A stretch of 58,561 nucleotides of DNA from Octopus bimaculoides (GCF_001194135.2 NC_069009.1:7644949-7703509); one strand, 5' to 3'. Positions 24,715-37,237 are shown, counted from the first letter of the stretch. Numbers and translations are program-made. The notes: a model not told the origin generated them from the letters alone.

Positions 24715-25030
24715 TTGGCTACGTGGTTAAGAAGCTCACTTTGCAACCACTTGTTTTCAGGTTCAGTCCCACTGCGCATATAATAGTCCTGGGCCAACCA
24801 ATGCCCTGTGAGTAGATTTGCTAGACGGAAACTGTGGTGAAAACGTGTGTGCGCGCGCGCGCCTTTGTTGTGTCTGTGTTTGTTTCCCTCACAGACACAT
24901 CACTTTACAGGTGGTGTTGGTTGATTAAGTACCAGACTTTAAAAGAAAGTACAGGGGCCAATTCTTTCGACTAAAACTCTTCAAGGCGGTACCCCAGCAT
25001 GGCCGCAGTCCAATGATTGAAACGGTTAAA
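24715..25030 (+). mobile_element. SINE family A, diverged
   Basis: Head, core and tail motifs. Confidence 0.75.
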
Positions 25031-25059
25031 AGTTAACATTACTGTGTGCTATTTCTATT

Positions 25060-25500
25060 GCTGCCAAGAGCCCACACCCAGTTGTAACTGTTGAGGCCCT
25101 CAGCTTGCCCATTTCACCAGGCATGTATGATAAACTTCGTCATATGCAAGGCAGAAGTAACAGCAACGCTTCAAGATAAATCAGTTGAAAAGAAGAATTA
25201 CATCGGGTCATGTGAAGGCGAATTAAAAAAAGCGTTAGGTCTATTTTTCCAGCATATCGACAAAAACAATGCAACTAAGTTGGCTAGCCACGTATGGAAT
25301 TGAAGACCAACTGCACATCCGATATAAATGAGTGGAGAAACGTGGAGAAATCCAAAGTTTGTGTTAATGAATCTAGAAAATGCAACTTTATGGTTAACAG
25401 AAAGATCTCATATTCTTCCTAGATCCAACAATTCCAACACATTGCTTCTTTCCAGATCTGAAATTTTTAGCAGGTGTTAACAGGTTTCTTTTGTCGAACT
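25060..25500 (+). mobile_element. PLE GIY-YIG endonuclease fragment
   Basis: SCNC*GPSACPFHQACMINFVICKAEVTAT..NYIGSCEGELKK..NATKLASHVW..LSRSEIFSRC. Confidence 0.75.
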
Positions 25501-25927
25501 GGAGGGCACCACCTGCTCCAGATTGATTTGCTGTCTCACAGACTTTGACATATTTTCCGTTATTTTGTTCTATATCAGGAGTATTTAATATGTTTTCTGC
25601 AATCAGAGAGGACGGGGATCTTAGTTTTCTTGATTTCGTTTCTTTTTTCTCGTTCCATTTTTTATATCAACTTTCTTCACGTCTTTTTCCCACGTTTTTT
25701 TCTTATTTTCTTACTGTCCAGCGTCCTCGTTTTAAAAATATATATATCATGCATAGATAGAGCCTGAAAGAAAGCTTTAAGATATACGTATTTCATAAAA
25801 ACAGAAAGAGCTTCTATTAGCTCTTTCGGTAGTACCTTAAATTGATATTTATCTCTCATTGGATGGAGTACTTTTTTGTTAATTCTAACTACATTAAATA
25901 TTCCATCTTCCGTCTTTCATTTCCCAA

Positions 25928-25974
<47 letters not shown>

Positions 25975-26374
25975 ATATATATTTCGTTTTTGGATTTGGA
26001 TTGCAAGATTCTTTATGTGAGTTCGTTTGTTGAAGCATATTCTGTTGTGTCTGGGGTGAGGCATTTTTATTTTTGTGCNNNNNNNNNNNNNNNNNNNNNN
26101 NNNNNNNNNNNNNNNNNNNNNNNNNNNNNNNNNNNNNNNNNNNNNNNNNNNNNNNNNNNNNNNNNNNNNNNNNNNNNNNNNNNNNNNNNNNNNNNNNNNN
26201 NNNNNNNNNNNNNNNNNNNNNNNNNNNNNNNNNNNNNNNNNNNNNNNNNNNNGTACTGACTTGCACCGATTTTGCTAGAGATAAGAATTAAACTACTTCC
26301 CTTTGTCAGTCACTTTAGACATTGCATTTATGGTTTTGAGTTACTTTAACTCTTAACTCTAGAAAAAGCGGTAC

Positions 26375-27048
26375 GGCAGTGAAAGATGGGCCGTGACTGC
26401 TGAAGACATGCGTAGACTCGAGAGAAATGAAGCTAGCATGATCCGCTGAATGTGTAATGTCAGTGTGCACACACGATAGAGTGTAAGCGCCCCGAGAAAA
26501 ATGTTGGGCATAAGAAGCATCGGATGTGGCGTGCAAAAGAGACGTTTGTGTTGGTATGGTCATGTACTGCAGATGGACGAGGAGAGCTGTGTGAAGAAGT
26601 GCCGCTCCCAAACAGTGGAAGGAGTCTGGGGTAGAGGGAGACCCAGGAAGACATGGGATGAGGTAGTGAAGCATGACCTTCGAACGTTGGGCCTCACAGA
26701 GGCAATGACAAAAGATCGAGACCTCTGGAGGTATGCTGTGACTGAGAAGACCCGGCAAATAAAGTGAGTCCACAGCTGTAACCTACACCAGTGTCGCATA
26801 ACCAGCCCACTCAAAAGTACCTTGGATTGTAGGGCGACATGCCGTGCTTGAGGAGACCTATTGAGTCAAGTACATCAACATCAATATCAACAGCAATATC
26901 AAAATCAAATCAAATGGAAATTGTAGTGCCGGTAGCACGTAAAAAGCACCATCCGAACGTGGCCGATGCCAGTGCCACTTTGACTGGCTTCCATTCAGGT
27001 GGCACGTAAAAAGCACCATCCGATCGTGGTCGATGCCAGCCCCCTCTG
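26375..27048 (+). mobile_element. RTE-type LINE 3' end (RT C-terminus + 3' UTR)
   Basis: RRLCWYGHVLQMDEESCVKKC..VEGVWGRGRPRKTWDEVVKHDL (ORF 26501-26767); 3' UTR with a repeated 42-bp motif. Confidence 0.85.
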
Positions 27049-27727
27049 NNNNNNNNNNNNNNNNNNNNNNNNNNNNNNNNNNNNNNNNNNNNNNNNNNNN
27101 NNNNNNNNNNNNNNNNNNNNNNNNNNNNNNNNNNNNNNNNNNNNNNNNNNNNNNNNNNNNNNNNNNNNNNNNNNNNNNNNNNNNNNNNNNNNNNNNNNNN
27201 NNNNNNNNNNNNNNNNNNNNNNNNNNNNNNNNNNNNNNNNNNNNNNNNNNNNNNNNNNNNNNNNNNNNNNNNNNNNNNNNNNNNNNNNNNNNNNNNNNNN
27301 NNNNNNNNNNNNNNNNNNNNNNNNNNNNNNNNNNNNNNNNNNNNNNNNNNNNNNNNNNNNNNNNNNNNNNNNNNNNNNNNNNNNNNNNNNNNNNNNNNNN
27401 NNNNNNNNNNNNNNNNNNNNNNNNNNNNNNNNNNNNNNNNNNNNNNNNNNNNNNNNNNNNNNNNNNNNNNNNNNNNNNNNNNNNNNNNNNNNNNNNNNCG
27501 ATAGAATAAGGACTAGGCTTACAAAGAATAAGTCTTGGGGTCGATTTGTTCGACTAAAAATATATATCAGGATGTTGGTAAGCCTCAAGCAATAGGCGGC
27601 TAGTATAGAGAACAAAAGGTGAACAATATACGATAAACTCCTGTGTATTAACATCATAAGTTATACACTTCTTCCTATTTCGAAGTTAAAAGGAATTTCG
27701 ATAAGCTGAATGTTTCCATATAACTCC

Positions 27728-27926
27728 CAGGTAGAATACCGACTATAATTGTTTCATAACTAACTGAACTTCGTTACATAAGCAGTAACAAACACGACGC
27801 AGCTTAGCTAATCTTCTGGTCGAAGTCACCTCAACGAAGTTTACATTGCTGCTGGCAGTAAAGGTTTATTACTTATGTAACGAATTTCAGCTAGTGAAGA
27901 AACAATTGTAGTTGATATTCTACCTG
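27728..27926. mobile_element. Small MITE with ~60-bp imperfect TIRs
   Basis: caggtagaatacc..aattgtttc..cttcgttacataag versus cttatgtaacgaat..gaaacaatt..tattctacctg. Confidence 0.75.
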
Positions 27927-28026
27927 TTTCAGTCCTTGTGTGTGTGTAAAGACAAACAAACAGACAGATCGACTCCGAGCTAGTTAGCTAGCTAGATATA
28001 GATAGATAGGTAGGTAAGTAGGTAGG

Positions 28027-28132
<106 letters not shown>

Positions 28133-28214
28133 CTATTCACTCCTTTTTTGTTATTTTGGCTTAATGTTTTTAATCGTTTTTCTCTTTTTCTTCGTTTCTT
28201 TCCTCCACAATTAG

Positions 28215-28547
28215 GGATCCAGAAAAAATGCAAAGTTCTACAGTCCCAAGGAATCTATCATATACGCCAGTACCAACGGTGTCAACGTCTCCCTGATTGG
28301 TGGCAACGACAGTAACGACAGCGGCATCGCGAACAAACCGCTCCCAGCTAAACGGAAACATGTGGGAGCTATCAGTGTTATGTGCCGGCACTACACGTCG
28401 TGGGGAACATGGTCACACTGCACGTGGCGATGTGAGCAGTTCCGAACAAGAACCTGCCGGGAACCAGCCTTCTGTGGTAACACCACCATTAAGGTCAAAC
28501 GCCATTGCAAGAAGCGCAACAAAAATTGCAGTTTCCTGTCGTACAAG
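28215..28547 (+). CDS. Exon of a TSP1-repeat/trypsin-family serine protease gene: linker + TSP1-like repeat 1
   Basis: Pyrimidine tract + ttag acceptor, aag|gtgagt donor, 333 bp, phase 0/0, open frame GSRKNAK..CRHYTSWGTWSHCTWRCEQFRTRTCREPAFCGNTTIKVKRHC..CSFLSYK. Confidence 0.88.
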
Positions 28548-28699
28548 GTGAGTACATCGCTGGCGTCATTGCTGGGACACATAGGCATAGAGACGCGCGC
28601 GCGCACACACACGCACACACACACACGTATATGTGAGCTCTTTCAACGAACTTCATGAGCCCGTAAAACTATTAACTAATATCTTTTTTAGTTTGTGTT

Positions 28700-30120
28700 G
28701 TTGTTCTTTTCTTTTCTATTTGAAAGCACACTGGAATGACGAGTGGTTAACCGATTACAGAGTGTAGTGTAAAAGCTTGCAACTTGATCAGAAACTTTGA
28801 ACAACCTGACAAGTACCGCCAGAATTTTGGAATGGCCTAGCGTTCACATAGACCAACCACAACGAACCATCCATACCGTATCTCGAGATATTTTAGTCCA
28901 ATGGAAAGGGATAGTGGAGGGTGTCCACAATTTCAGCTACGTTGACCAAAACCTTGTGATAGATCGCGTAGACAGGAATCTAGTTTCAGCTATCTGAAAA
29001 GTTCAGCGACCAGTTTAGCAAACTGGCAAGGATGCGTTTGAGGGAAGAGATCTTCAGCAACTGTTGGTGGGTTGCTCTGAAGGGAGTGATAACGGAACTG
29101 GTCAGGTTTAGTAAAGAAATGAATTAGTGAACAAATTAGAAGCAGTGATTATGACGATACCCGAAAACTGCATTGTCAGAGCTAAAGTGAATGTCCTAAA
29201 ACGAAACAAAAGCCGTTCGATGGGCCTGAATGGAAGAGGCATGACGTAAAAGGAATGCGTTGCTACTAGGTTCTAAACAAGATGTGTCTGGTTTTCTAGC
29301 TAGACTATGCTCAACTGATGGAGCTAACATACTTTAGCACTTACATCGACAGGCTGTAGCAGCTCTCGGATGAAGCTGCTTCGAACCGATAACAGTAGCT
29401 GAGATACGAATGATAGGAAGTGGTTGTGGGTAGCGGGAAGTGGATGGCTGTCTGTATTATTATTTGGGTAGTCTGTATTATTTTACTAGTTTCAGCCAGA
29501 GGCTGGGGCTATACTGGAGCACCGCCTTTGAGCTTTACGCTAGAATTATTCGGCCACGTCCAGACAGACGTCTGATGCAACTGGCAGCAGAACAAGAGAA
29601 TTTCCAGTTCTGAGAGTTGGGAAATGGTAGCAGTGCTGAGGAAGACGTGAACGGGAGATGTAAAGGATAAGTTCTAGTGTGTAGCACTTGGTCCATCAAA
29701 AATGTTTTTTCCGATCCATTCTAAATGTACGACTCTCAAGCTACTATTGTAAAGACTTTGAAATGTTGAGTGATATTCATATCGAATTAAAATGCGAGGA
29801 CGCTAACCTGCAAGCTAATGAGTCGGATACGGCGGAAGTGAAATCTGGTCGGCACCATTCGGGGGAATAGCATGTGATTATGGGACCAAACATTAACTTG
29901 CAGAAGTAGGTGGGCAGATTTGCAGCTTGGTATTTGGAGAGGTAAGTCTATGCTGTCGTAGGGCGCTGGTGAGTTGGACAAGTTGGACTAGTGAAAGGCT
30001 GGTTCGGTGCGAACCTCCTGGTGGATAGCAGCCAGGATGAGGTTACGAACAGAATAATTAGTGTCACCCAGAAATGGACGGAGAGAAAGGTAACCCTTAA
30101 GGGTTGAACAGTAATGGAGA
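28700..30120 (-). mobile_element. Possible highly degraded LINE (CR1/L2/Jockey-like)
   Basis: Only weak scattered peptides (RLSPLLFN, LVQLV, DLSQGF); many stops. Confidence 0.3.
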
Positions 30121-30199
30121 CAGCCTACAATGCTTCCGTTGTATACGACTGTTTCACTTTGACCTTGTACAACGGAAGGTATGGTATTGTTTGAGCTTA

Positions 30200-32775
30200 C
30201 TACGGCTGACTTTGACCTTGTAGTATTGTTTGGCCTTGACCTTGTACTCCTGCTTGGAAGTCATTGTTTACCCGAGTTTTCGTTTGACTAACTTGGAGAA
30301 AATCATTTTCTCTAAGTTTACTGTCACTATCAAGGTGAGAATGTGATGCGCAAGTTTCATCTTCAAGTTCTTCTTCCAGAATATCCACCAACTGATGGGG
30401 GATACACCCTCTGTCCACTTCGGCTTCATGATTCCAGCTTCCATTGTTCATCCATGTCCTTTGTCTGGTCTAGGCACTGAAGGCTTTGCAATGTTCACGC
30501 GCTTCCATATCCTGGTCTGGAAGATGCTTCATCGAACATGTTGCTTGAGGACGTTTCTACATGGGAGCAGTGAAGCGAGATCGAATTGCTTAGATTTTGT
30601 GAAATCATCCTTCCAACCGCACTTTGCACGCAAGGTTGTGAATCGCAACGTATTTCCCTTTTCTGTCCTTTTGTTACCATACAGCACACATGTGAACCTC
30701 TCCAGTTCATTCATCACCGCCTCGTCGACTTCCCAAACACCCCTAGCTTGGAGAACGCTTTCTGAAATGATTCATCTGTCCCTTCACTTTCCACTTCCTT
30801 TTGAAGGCACTGGTACAATAACACCACGATAATCCAGTAATGCAGAACAGAGAACAGGCGTGGAAGACATTGTATGTTACTCTTTCCAGCTTTAAACAGA
30901 ATTTGAAATCCTTCCAGGAATCTAGCATGGGTGAAGTAAGTTGAAAAATATGTCTGAATCGGGATTCCTCAAGCGAATGGATTTACAACCCTGTTCTTTG
31001 GTGGCATACATCCAACACAAGATCACACGAGTGTCAGTTTCTTCCTGTAAAGATTCGAGAGAGTGTATTTCGTAATAGAATGTGTTATGTCCATCCGATG
31101 TCAAGTGGTAAGCTTTTCCTGGTCGCAATTTCACAAGGGTGAACATCCCGATATTACAGTCCTTTGTCTCCTTCATCAGACAATCAGACATTAATGCTAG
31201 ACAAAATGTAGCCTGAAGGAATTTGGCTCGTTCTTTACCTGACTTTGTCCATCTTTGGTAGGCTCTGTAATTTGTCTGCAGACCGCTAATTCCCGCTCTA
31301 GTCGAGTCACTTCTACCTTTTGATTTTGCATGTTTCATAAAAGTCTCTTCGATTGTTTTCTCGACAGCACACCTATTTCCTAGAATAAAGAATCTCGCCA
31401 CACTGATAGCACCTCTCTTTAACAGATCCTCCGCACCGGGATGAGAATGTTCAATGTTGGCAATAAACATCGAAAAGAATGTGAGGCATCGTGCATAGTT
31501 GTGTCCTTTGAAGCCAAAGAAGGGGTCAGGCATAAGACAGAGGCATTGTGCGTATACTGTAAAGTTGTTTGTCTTTACAGCTTGTAGAAGGTACATTGTC
31601 AGCCAGACATGATCGATGTACGGCATCCAAAGCGCAGCAGTCTTTCCATGTTGGCCTGAGCGGATGTTCTCACGGAAATGGAGGTATTCTTCAATGTATG
31701 AACAAATTTCCTGATCATTCAATGCTGCATTTTCGATCTCCTTGCTGAGAGACATTGCTAGTCTCTCAATATAATCCCTGGAAGATTTCGGTAGCTTTCC
31801 AAATGGTACTTCTTCATCCCGATCTTGTAGAAAACAAGCCAGCACCAATCTCTCAAGGGCTTCCATCAGAGCTTTGTGGCAGTTAAGTGAACATGCATAG
31901 TTCTTGGCTAAAATGACACCCATCAAAGTCCCAGATGTCGTAAGACCGACTTCAAGTAAGATTTCAGCGAATCCCGTTTCACCCATCTTCTTCCCCAACA
32001 CCTTCAGATAGCCACAGCCTAGATGGAATGTTCCAATCATGATGGTGTGGTCCTCATACCGACGTGTGTTGTGCCATGCTAGCGGAAACGCTTTCATACT
32101 CATGCCCAGGTCAAATGTAGTGATGAAAAATGCTGTCCAACTTCTTGTGAATCTCTGATATCTGTGATTAGGTGAGGTATGATCGGATAATACTCAATGG
32201 TTGTCAGTTGTCCAGGAGCGTCTCCAGTCAATGAAACATATCCTCCCTAGCCGGGCACTCTCTGCTTTTAACAGCACTGTGCACGCGGACAATGATCCAG
32301 AGGTTTTTCTGCATTTCTCCCGCAATTGTTCTCTCACCATCATCAATCTCGTTGACTACGTCAAATTGTGGAGACATGCGTTTTTTTTATGTAACACTCT
32401 GCAGGAACTTGCCTGGGCACTAATCTCAGTGATCTTTGCCCTGTTCTTGTGCTCTGCATAGCTGGCTGTGTTCCCCCAATATCTCCACCTTGATCTGGAT
32501 TGAACTCCTGAAGCATAATTCCATGTGCTCGATGGATACTTCCAGCTCCATATGGATCATTGACAAGCACATCAAAGTTGTCAAAGTCTGAATGGAGCAC
32601 TGAGGGACAAGATGAGTGTCGAATGATACTGAGAGGCAGTAAGCTCGAAGCACTGTCAACAGCTACTGTCAATGCTGTCTCAAGTTCAGAGAGAAATGAG
32701 TAGTTCTCATGTCCGAGTCAATTAAGAATAACTATGAACTCAGCACTGCGAAACAGAAGCTGTAAAAGTGGGCGT
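30200..32775 (-). mobile_element. Academ-type DNA transposon (AcademX-like) transposase with XPG/PIN-like nuclease region, disrupted
   Basis: LN*LGHENYSFLSELETA..SDFDNFD..GSIHRAHGIMLQE..TTFDLGMSMKAFPLAW..IMIGTFH.. (393-aa ORF 30922-32103), then QEETDTRVIL, NPDSDIF, CTSAFKRKWK, LASLLPCRNVLKQH, HGWT. Confidence 0.72.
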
Positions 32776-32884
32776 GGTCAAAAAGTCCATGGGGGTATCT
32801 TCCATCCCATACTGACTTGTTAGACACAGGGCTACATGAAAATACCCGTTAAAGTAAATCACAAGGGATGTGTACTATGACCTC

Positions 32885-33256
32885 CTCTTAGCCCATAGCC
32901 TACTTGTACTTCTCAATCTCTTTCAGTTCGTTTTCAGCCACCCGTATATCCCCAGGTATGACAATATCTATGATCTTAGTTTCCATCAACATTTTATCTA
33001 CTATAGCAATGTCTGGTCGCCGAGCATCAATCACTGAGTCACGTTGAATTGTAAAATCCCAGAAAATCTCATGCTCACTATTCTCAGCGATACCTTCTGG
33101 TTTATGCTTGTACCATTTCAATGTCCTTTCAAGGCCATACTTCTCACACAATTTCCGATAGACATTCTTAGCTACGTTATCATGCCTTTGTTTGCATTCC
33201 TTTTGAGCCAGTTTGCTACACTCACAATATGTGAGACTGTTTTATTTTTGATGCCT
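32885..33256 (-). mobile_element. R4/Dong-type non-LTR retrotransposon fragment 1 (restriction-like endonuclease)
   Basis: TVSHIVS..CEKYGLE..WYKHKPE..WDFTIQRDSVIDARRPDIAIVDK..IDIVIPGD..EIEKYK. Confidence 0.85.
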
Positions 33257-33328
33257 TTATTATTATTATTATCATTATTATCATCATCATCATTATTGTT
33301 ATTATTATTATTAATATTATTATTATCA

Positions 33329-33359
<31 letters not shown>

Positions 33360-33390
33360 TATTACTATTATTACTATTATTATCATAATA
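33257..33390. repeat. (ATT/ATC)n microsatellite separating two RLE LINEs
   Basis: Directly visible. Confidence 0.95.
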
Positions 33391-33391
33391 T

Positions 33392-34021
33392 CTTCTTTTA
33401 ATTTTGTTTCTATTTCCTGCCGGGTGTCTTCGCAACACTTAGAGCAAAGAAACCCACTGTATACATTGGTAGGCCATCAAAATAAACACATCAGATTGTT
33501 CATTTACAAACTCATGTGATAGAAAAAAAAGGAAGCAAGACAGAGAGAAAAAGGAAAGAATGGAAAAAGAAAAAAATGAAAAAAGAAAACAAAGAAAATA
33601 AAGGGGGAAAAGGAAAGAAAATTCACAGCGGCAATGCTCTTCTCAATATGTGTGACGTACCAGTTACGACAATCTTTTGCACTTCTTGCATGGATGGTAA
33701 GCAAGGGATCATCCTCAAATAATTTTCAGTTCCTTTTTTTATCATTTTCAGTGCTCCTGCAATCACTAGTACTGTAACCGTCTTGAGATGTCACATTTTT
33801 TCGATTTCAATCAGAAAATCTTTATATTTTCTGAGTTTATCAAATTTTTTTGCCAAGATATTATGATCACAAGGTATACTCATGTCAATCATTAAGCAAA
33901 TTTTATTGTTTTCATCTTTCACAACAAGATCTGGTTCATTAGCTTTGATGGTCCGGTCTGTTTTCTCCTTTATTTACAGCCTCAGGGTGGTGCTTGTACC
34001 ATTTGTCAGCAGTTTCGATTT
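33392..34021 (-). mobile_element. R4/Dong-type non-LTR retrotransposon fragment 2 (RLE + C-terminus + 3' UTR)
   Basis: DKWYKHHPE..DRTIKANEPDLVVKD..LMIDMSIPCDHNILAKKFDKLRKYKD..IAGALKMIKKG..PSMQEVQKIVVTGTSHILRRALPL* (stop at 33623-33625). Confidence 0.85.
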
Positions 34022-34023
34022 TA

Positions 34024-34062
<39 letters not shown>

Positions 34063-34063
34063 G

Positions 34064-34349
34064 GTGGTTACTCCGCTGAAACGGGCCAAATACGTGCAGA
34101 ACATCATCATGACCAACTTCTATAACAAGTGGTCACCGTGGTCAACATGCAGCCGGGACTGCAAGCAACGGCGCAAGAGGCAGTGTCGCACCCGTCTAGA
34201 GAAGTTCTGCCACCAAAGTTACATACAACAGACGCGCAGATGTCGACCGCCAAGTGGCGTCTGTAACAAGAAGTATACGCTGTCCGTGATGACCGCTGAC
34301 CAGTTTTCGTCCAGCAAGAAAGGAGAAACCAGTAACCGGCAATCCGGCG
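34064..34349 (+). CDS. Exon of the protease gene: TSP1-like repeat 2
   Basis: cag acceptor, g|gtaagt donor, 286 bp, phase 0/1; FYNKWSPWSTCSRDCKQRRKRQCRTRLEKFCHQSYIQQTRRCRPPSGVC. Confidence 0.88.
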
Positions 34350-34499
34350 GTAAGTTGAGAAGTAAATACTTTAGGTGTTGCAGCATATTTCACTTGATTC
34401 TGCATCCAAACATGTAACATATGTATATACACATGAATATATACACACATATGCCCAGTCAGCTTCCTGTCGTTATTGATGGTTGAATTATTACAGTAT

Positions 34500-35590
34500 A
34501 AGGGAAAACACCCAGTTCAGACGTGTCTTCATCGTCAAGAGGATTCTTGTAGTATCTCTTTACATAGATTTGATTTGGCTGGAATTTGATTTTCGTTTGG
34601 AAGTTGTTCAAAAGAAATTTTCTCTCATGACGACAATTCGATAATATCTTGGATCACCGTTTAAGTAATATCGCCGACTTCTTTTAATATGTGGAACATT
34701 TCAGTTAGGTATAGCCTGCAGTTTCTAGTTTATCCATTCTGCTTATGATTATAAGTCCTGGATTCAAATTCAAGCTTTGAATAACTTTGTTGAAGATGTT
34801 CCCTGTTAGTGAAACATATTCCAATCCATAAGTTCTGTGTTTCCAAACGACTTGAGACAAGGATTTCAGTTTTCTTCTCCTAGACTTGAGTGGATGTAGG
34901 TACGTGTAATAACGATCTTCGAAAGTTCAAGGAGAATCCCATATAATTGTTTTTTATCCTGTCCGGCATTGAAAGGAATTACACGAGGCAACAAAAATTT
35001 GTTTTATTTGAGAGTTGGTGGAAAATGTCATCTTAGACATAGAAAGTTCATGGTTGTGTTAGCAAATATATTGATATTGAAAGGTGGATTAAATCAAGTT
35101 ACTTTTCTTTTCCTAGTGCTTCTATGGTGCTCCTTGTATAGTTACCTCTATAAAATGACTTCTATCTAGCGTATAGTAAAGGATGATTTCGTTAAAGATG
35201 TGTCTGTCTTTCTTTGAACTCGCCGAACTATTTCTGGAAAAGTTGAAATTTGTTGTATATCTATGGTGTCCTCTATGTCTTTCTATCAAGATAATGTTTG
35301 CCTTAACAAGTCTGCATGCGTTAAGTTGTCCTAGTCAAACTCTTTGAATATTCCTATGAAACTTTTTCTTCATTTACCTGATGTGTGGCCATTTATGTTA
35401 AATGAGATTGTTAAGCCGTCATCTCTGTACAAGCCTGCACCATGAAAATGATGTCAACAATAAACGACCTCATGAGGTCGGAAACCTCAGTTCCATCATA
35501 CATTCTATGAAGACATCGAACAAAAGATCACTTGACAATATAATTGTGGCATATAATAGAATATTAGGAAGCGCTAGAAATTCGTTATTA
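34500..35590 (-). mobile_element. Degraded PLE (RT + GIY-YIG) with internal deletions
   Basis: FDV..DGTEVSDL..GLYRDDGL..; YMGFS..TFEDRY..; KR*SKILSNCRHERKFLLNNF. Confidence 0.75.
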
Positions 35591-35592
35591 TG

Positions 35593-35631
<39 letters not shown>

Positions 35632-36151
35632 NNNNNNNNNNNNNNNNNNNNNNNNNNNNNNNNNNNNNNNNNNNNNNNNNNNNNNNNNNNNNNNNNNNNN
35701 NNNNNNNNNNNNNNNNNNNNNNNNNNNNNNNNNNNNNNNNNNNNNNNNNNNNNNNNNNNNNNNNNNNNNNNNNNNNNNNNNNNNNNNNNNNNNNNNNNNN
35801 NNNNNNNNNNNNNNNNNNNNNNNNNNNNNNNNNNNNNNNNNNNNNNNNNNNNNNNNNNNNNNNNNNNNNNNNNNNNNNNNNNNNNNNNNNNNNNNNNNNN
35901 NNNNNNNNNNNNNNNNNNNNNNNNNNNNNNNNNNNNNNNNNNNNNNNNNNNNNNNNNNNNNNNNNNNNNNNNNNNNNNNNNNNNNNNNNNNNNNNNNNNN
36001 NNNNNNNNNNNNNNNNNNNNNNNNNNNNNNNNNNNNNNNNNNNNNNNNNNNNNNNNNNNNNNNNNNNNNNNNNNNNNNNNNNNNNNNNNNNNNNNNNNNN
36101 NNNNNNNNNNNNNNNNNNNNNNNNNNNNNNNNNNNNTATATATATATATAT

Positions 36152-36218
36152 ATGAATATCGAAGACAACTGTAAGTTAAACTGTAGTAATTTGACTTACA
36201 GTTGTTTTCGATAGTCAT
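36152..36218 (+). ncRNA. Pre-miRNA-like hairpin (candidate)
   Basis: Uninterrupted 24-bp stem (22 Watson-Crick + 2 G:U) 36157-36180/36190-36213, 9-nt loop, 4 more basal pairs after one mismatch. Confidence 0.35.
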
Positions 36219-37204
36219 TGTAGGTTCGTTCATTGATCAGTTGAGAAAAATTGACCGACCTTAAATAATATGACTCTGCTGGAGTCATATCATTTTAATG
36301 AAAACCTAGCATAACAATGACAAATGAACGACACAGGCATGGAAAAGGGAGCGAAACGGTGTAATAAATATAAGGTGAATGGAAGAGAAATAAAGAGAAG
36401 AAAGGAAAAGTAGTGATGAGCCGGAAAAGAACAAAAGGAAGAGAAATAGCAGAAGAGGAGAGGCATAGGATGGAAGAATGAAGAAATGAAGCGGTATGCG
36501 AAAGCCAGAAATCAAAGAGGGGACAGTGATAAAAACATTAGAGGCCTTAGTCAAGAATATTTAAATTGTTTACACTATCCCGATAGTGTACCGAAATTTG
36601 ATATGGGTGTCACTTATTCACATGGTCAACTTAAATCTTTAATACTGGGTTATTTACTGCTGTCTCACATTAGGAGTAAAATGCATTAGAAAACAATGAA
36701 TGGTAAATGAAATGAAAAAAACAAAAGCAGCAGCAACAATATTAAGATGGGAAGGTAGAGAAAGTTCTGGTGAAAGTGAACAGTGGAAGGAGAAAAAAAT
36801 ATTAAAAATAAAATATAAATAGATGAGATAATTTGCATCTGTCTTTTAGGCATCATACCCGTCTTGTCCATTGTTTCTCACTATTGAGTCAAAGTTATCT
36901 AGGGAACCTGCTGAAGGATTTATTATAGAAATGCTTACAGAGTATCATTAATTCCTGTCTACGGTTAATTAGGTTACTCTCTGACGTAAGTATTTGGAGT
37001 TACTCCTCTAGGCAAAGTTCGCATCCCGTTCATTCTATTTCATACGGATTTGCTCTACTTAAAATCGAATATTCTCATTCATATTTAGTTTTTTATGTAC
37101 CCAAGTTGCCATATTGGCGTGCTGATGTCAAGTTTTCTTTATTTTTGTGTCTAAATGATGAAACGAGTAATAACGAAGCTTACATGTACTTGCATATGTA
37201 TGTT

Positions 37205-37237
<33 letters not shown>

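Noticed and set aside
33629-33696. Apparent + strand exon with a strong gatg|gtaagc donor
   Set aside because: The acceptor is purine-rich, and the segment is the antisense of the R4/Dong-type C-terminus (QEVQKIVVTGTSHILRRAL)
34505-34545. Hammerhead-like remnant after the PLE at 34.5 kb (and a similar one near 53960-54030)
   Set aside because: Core boxes and stem II are too degraded to fold convincingly
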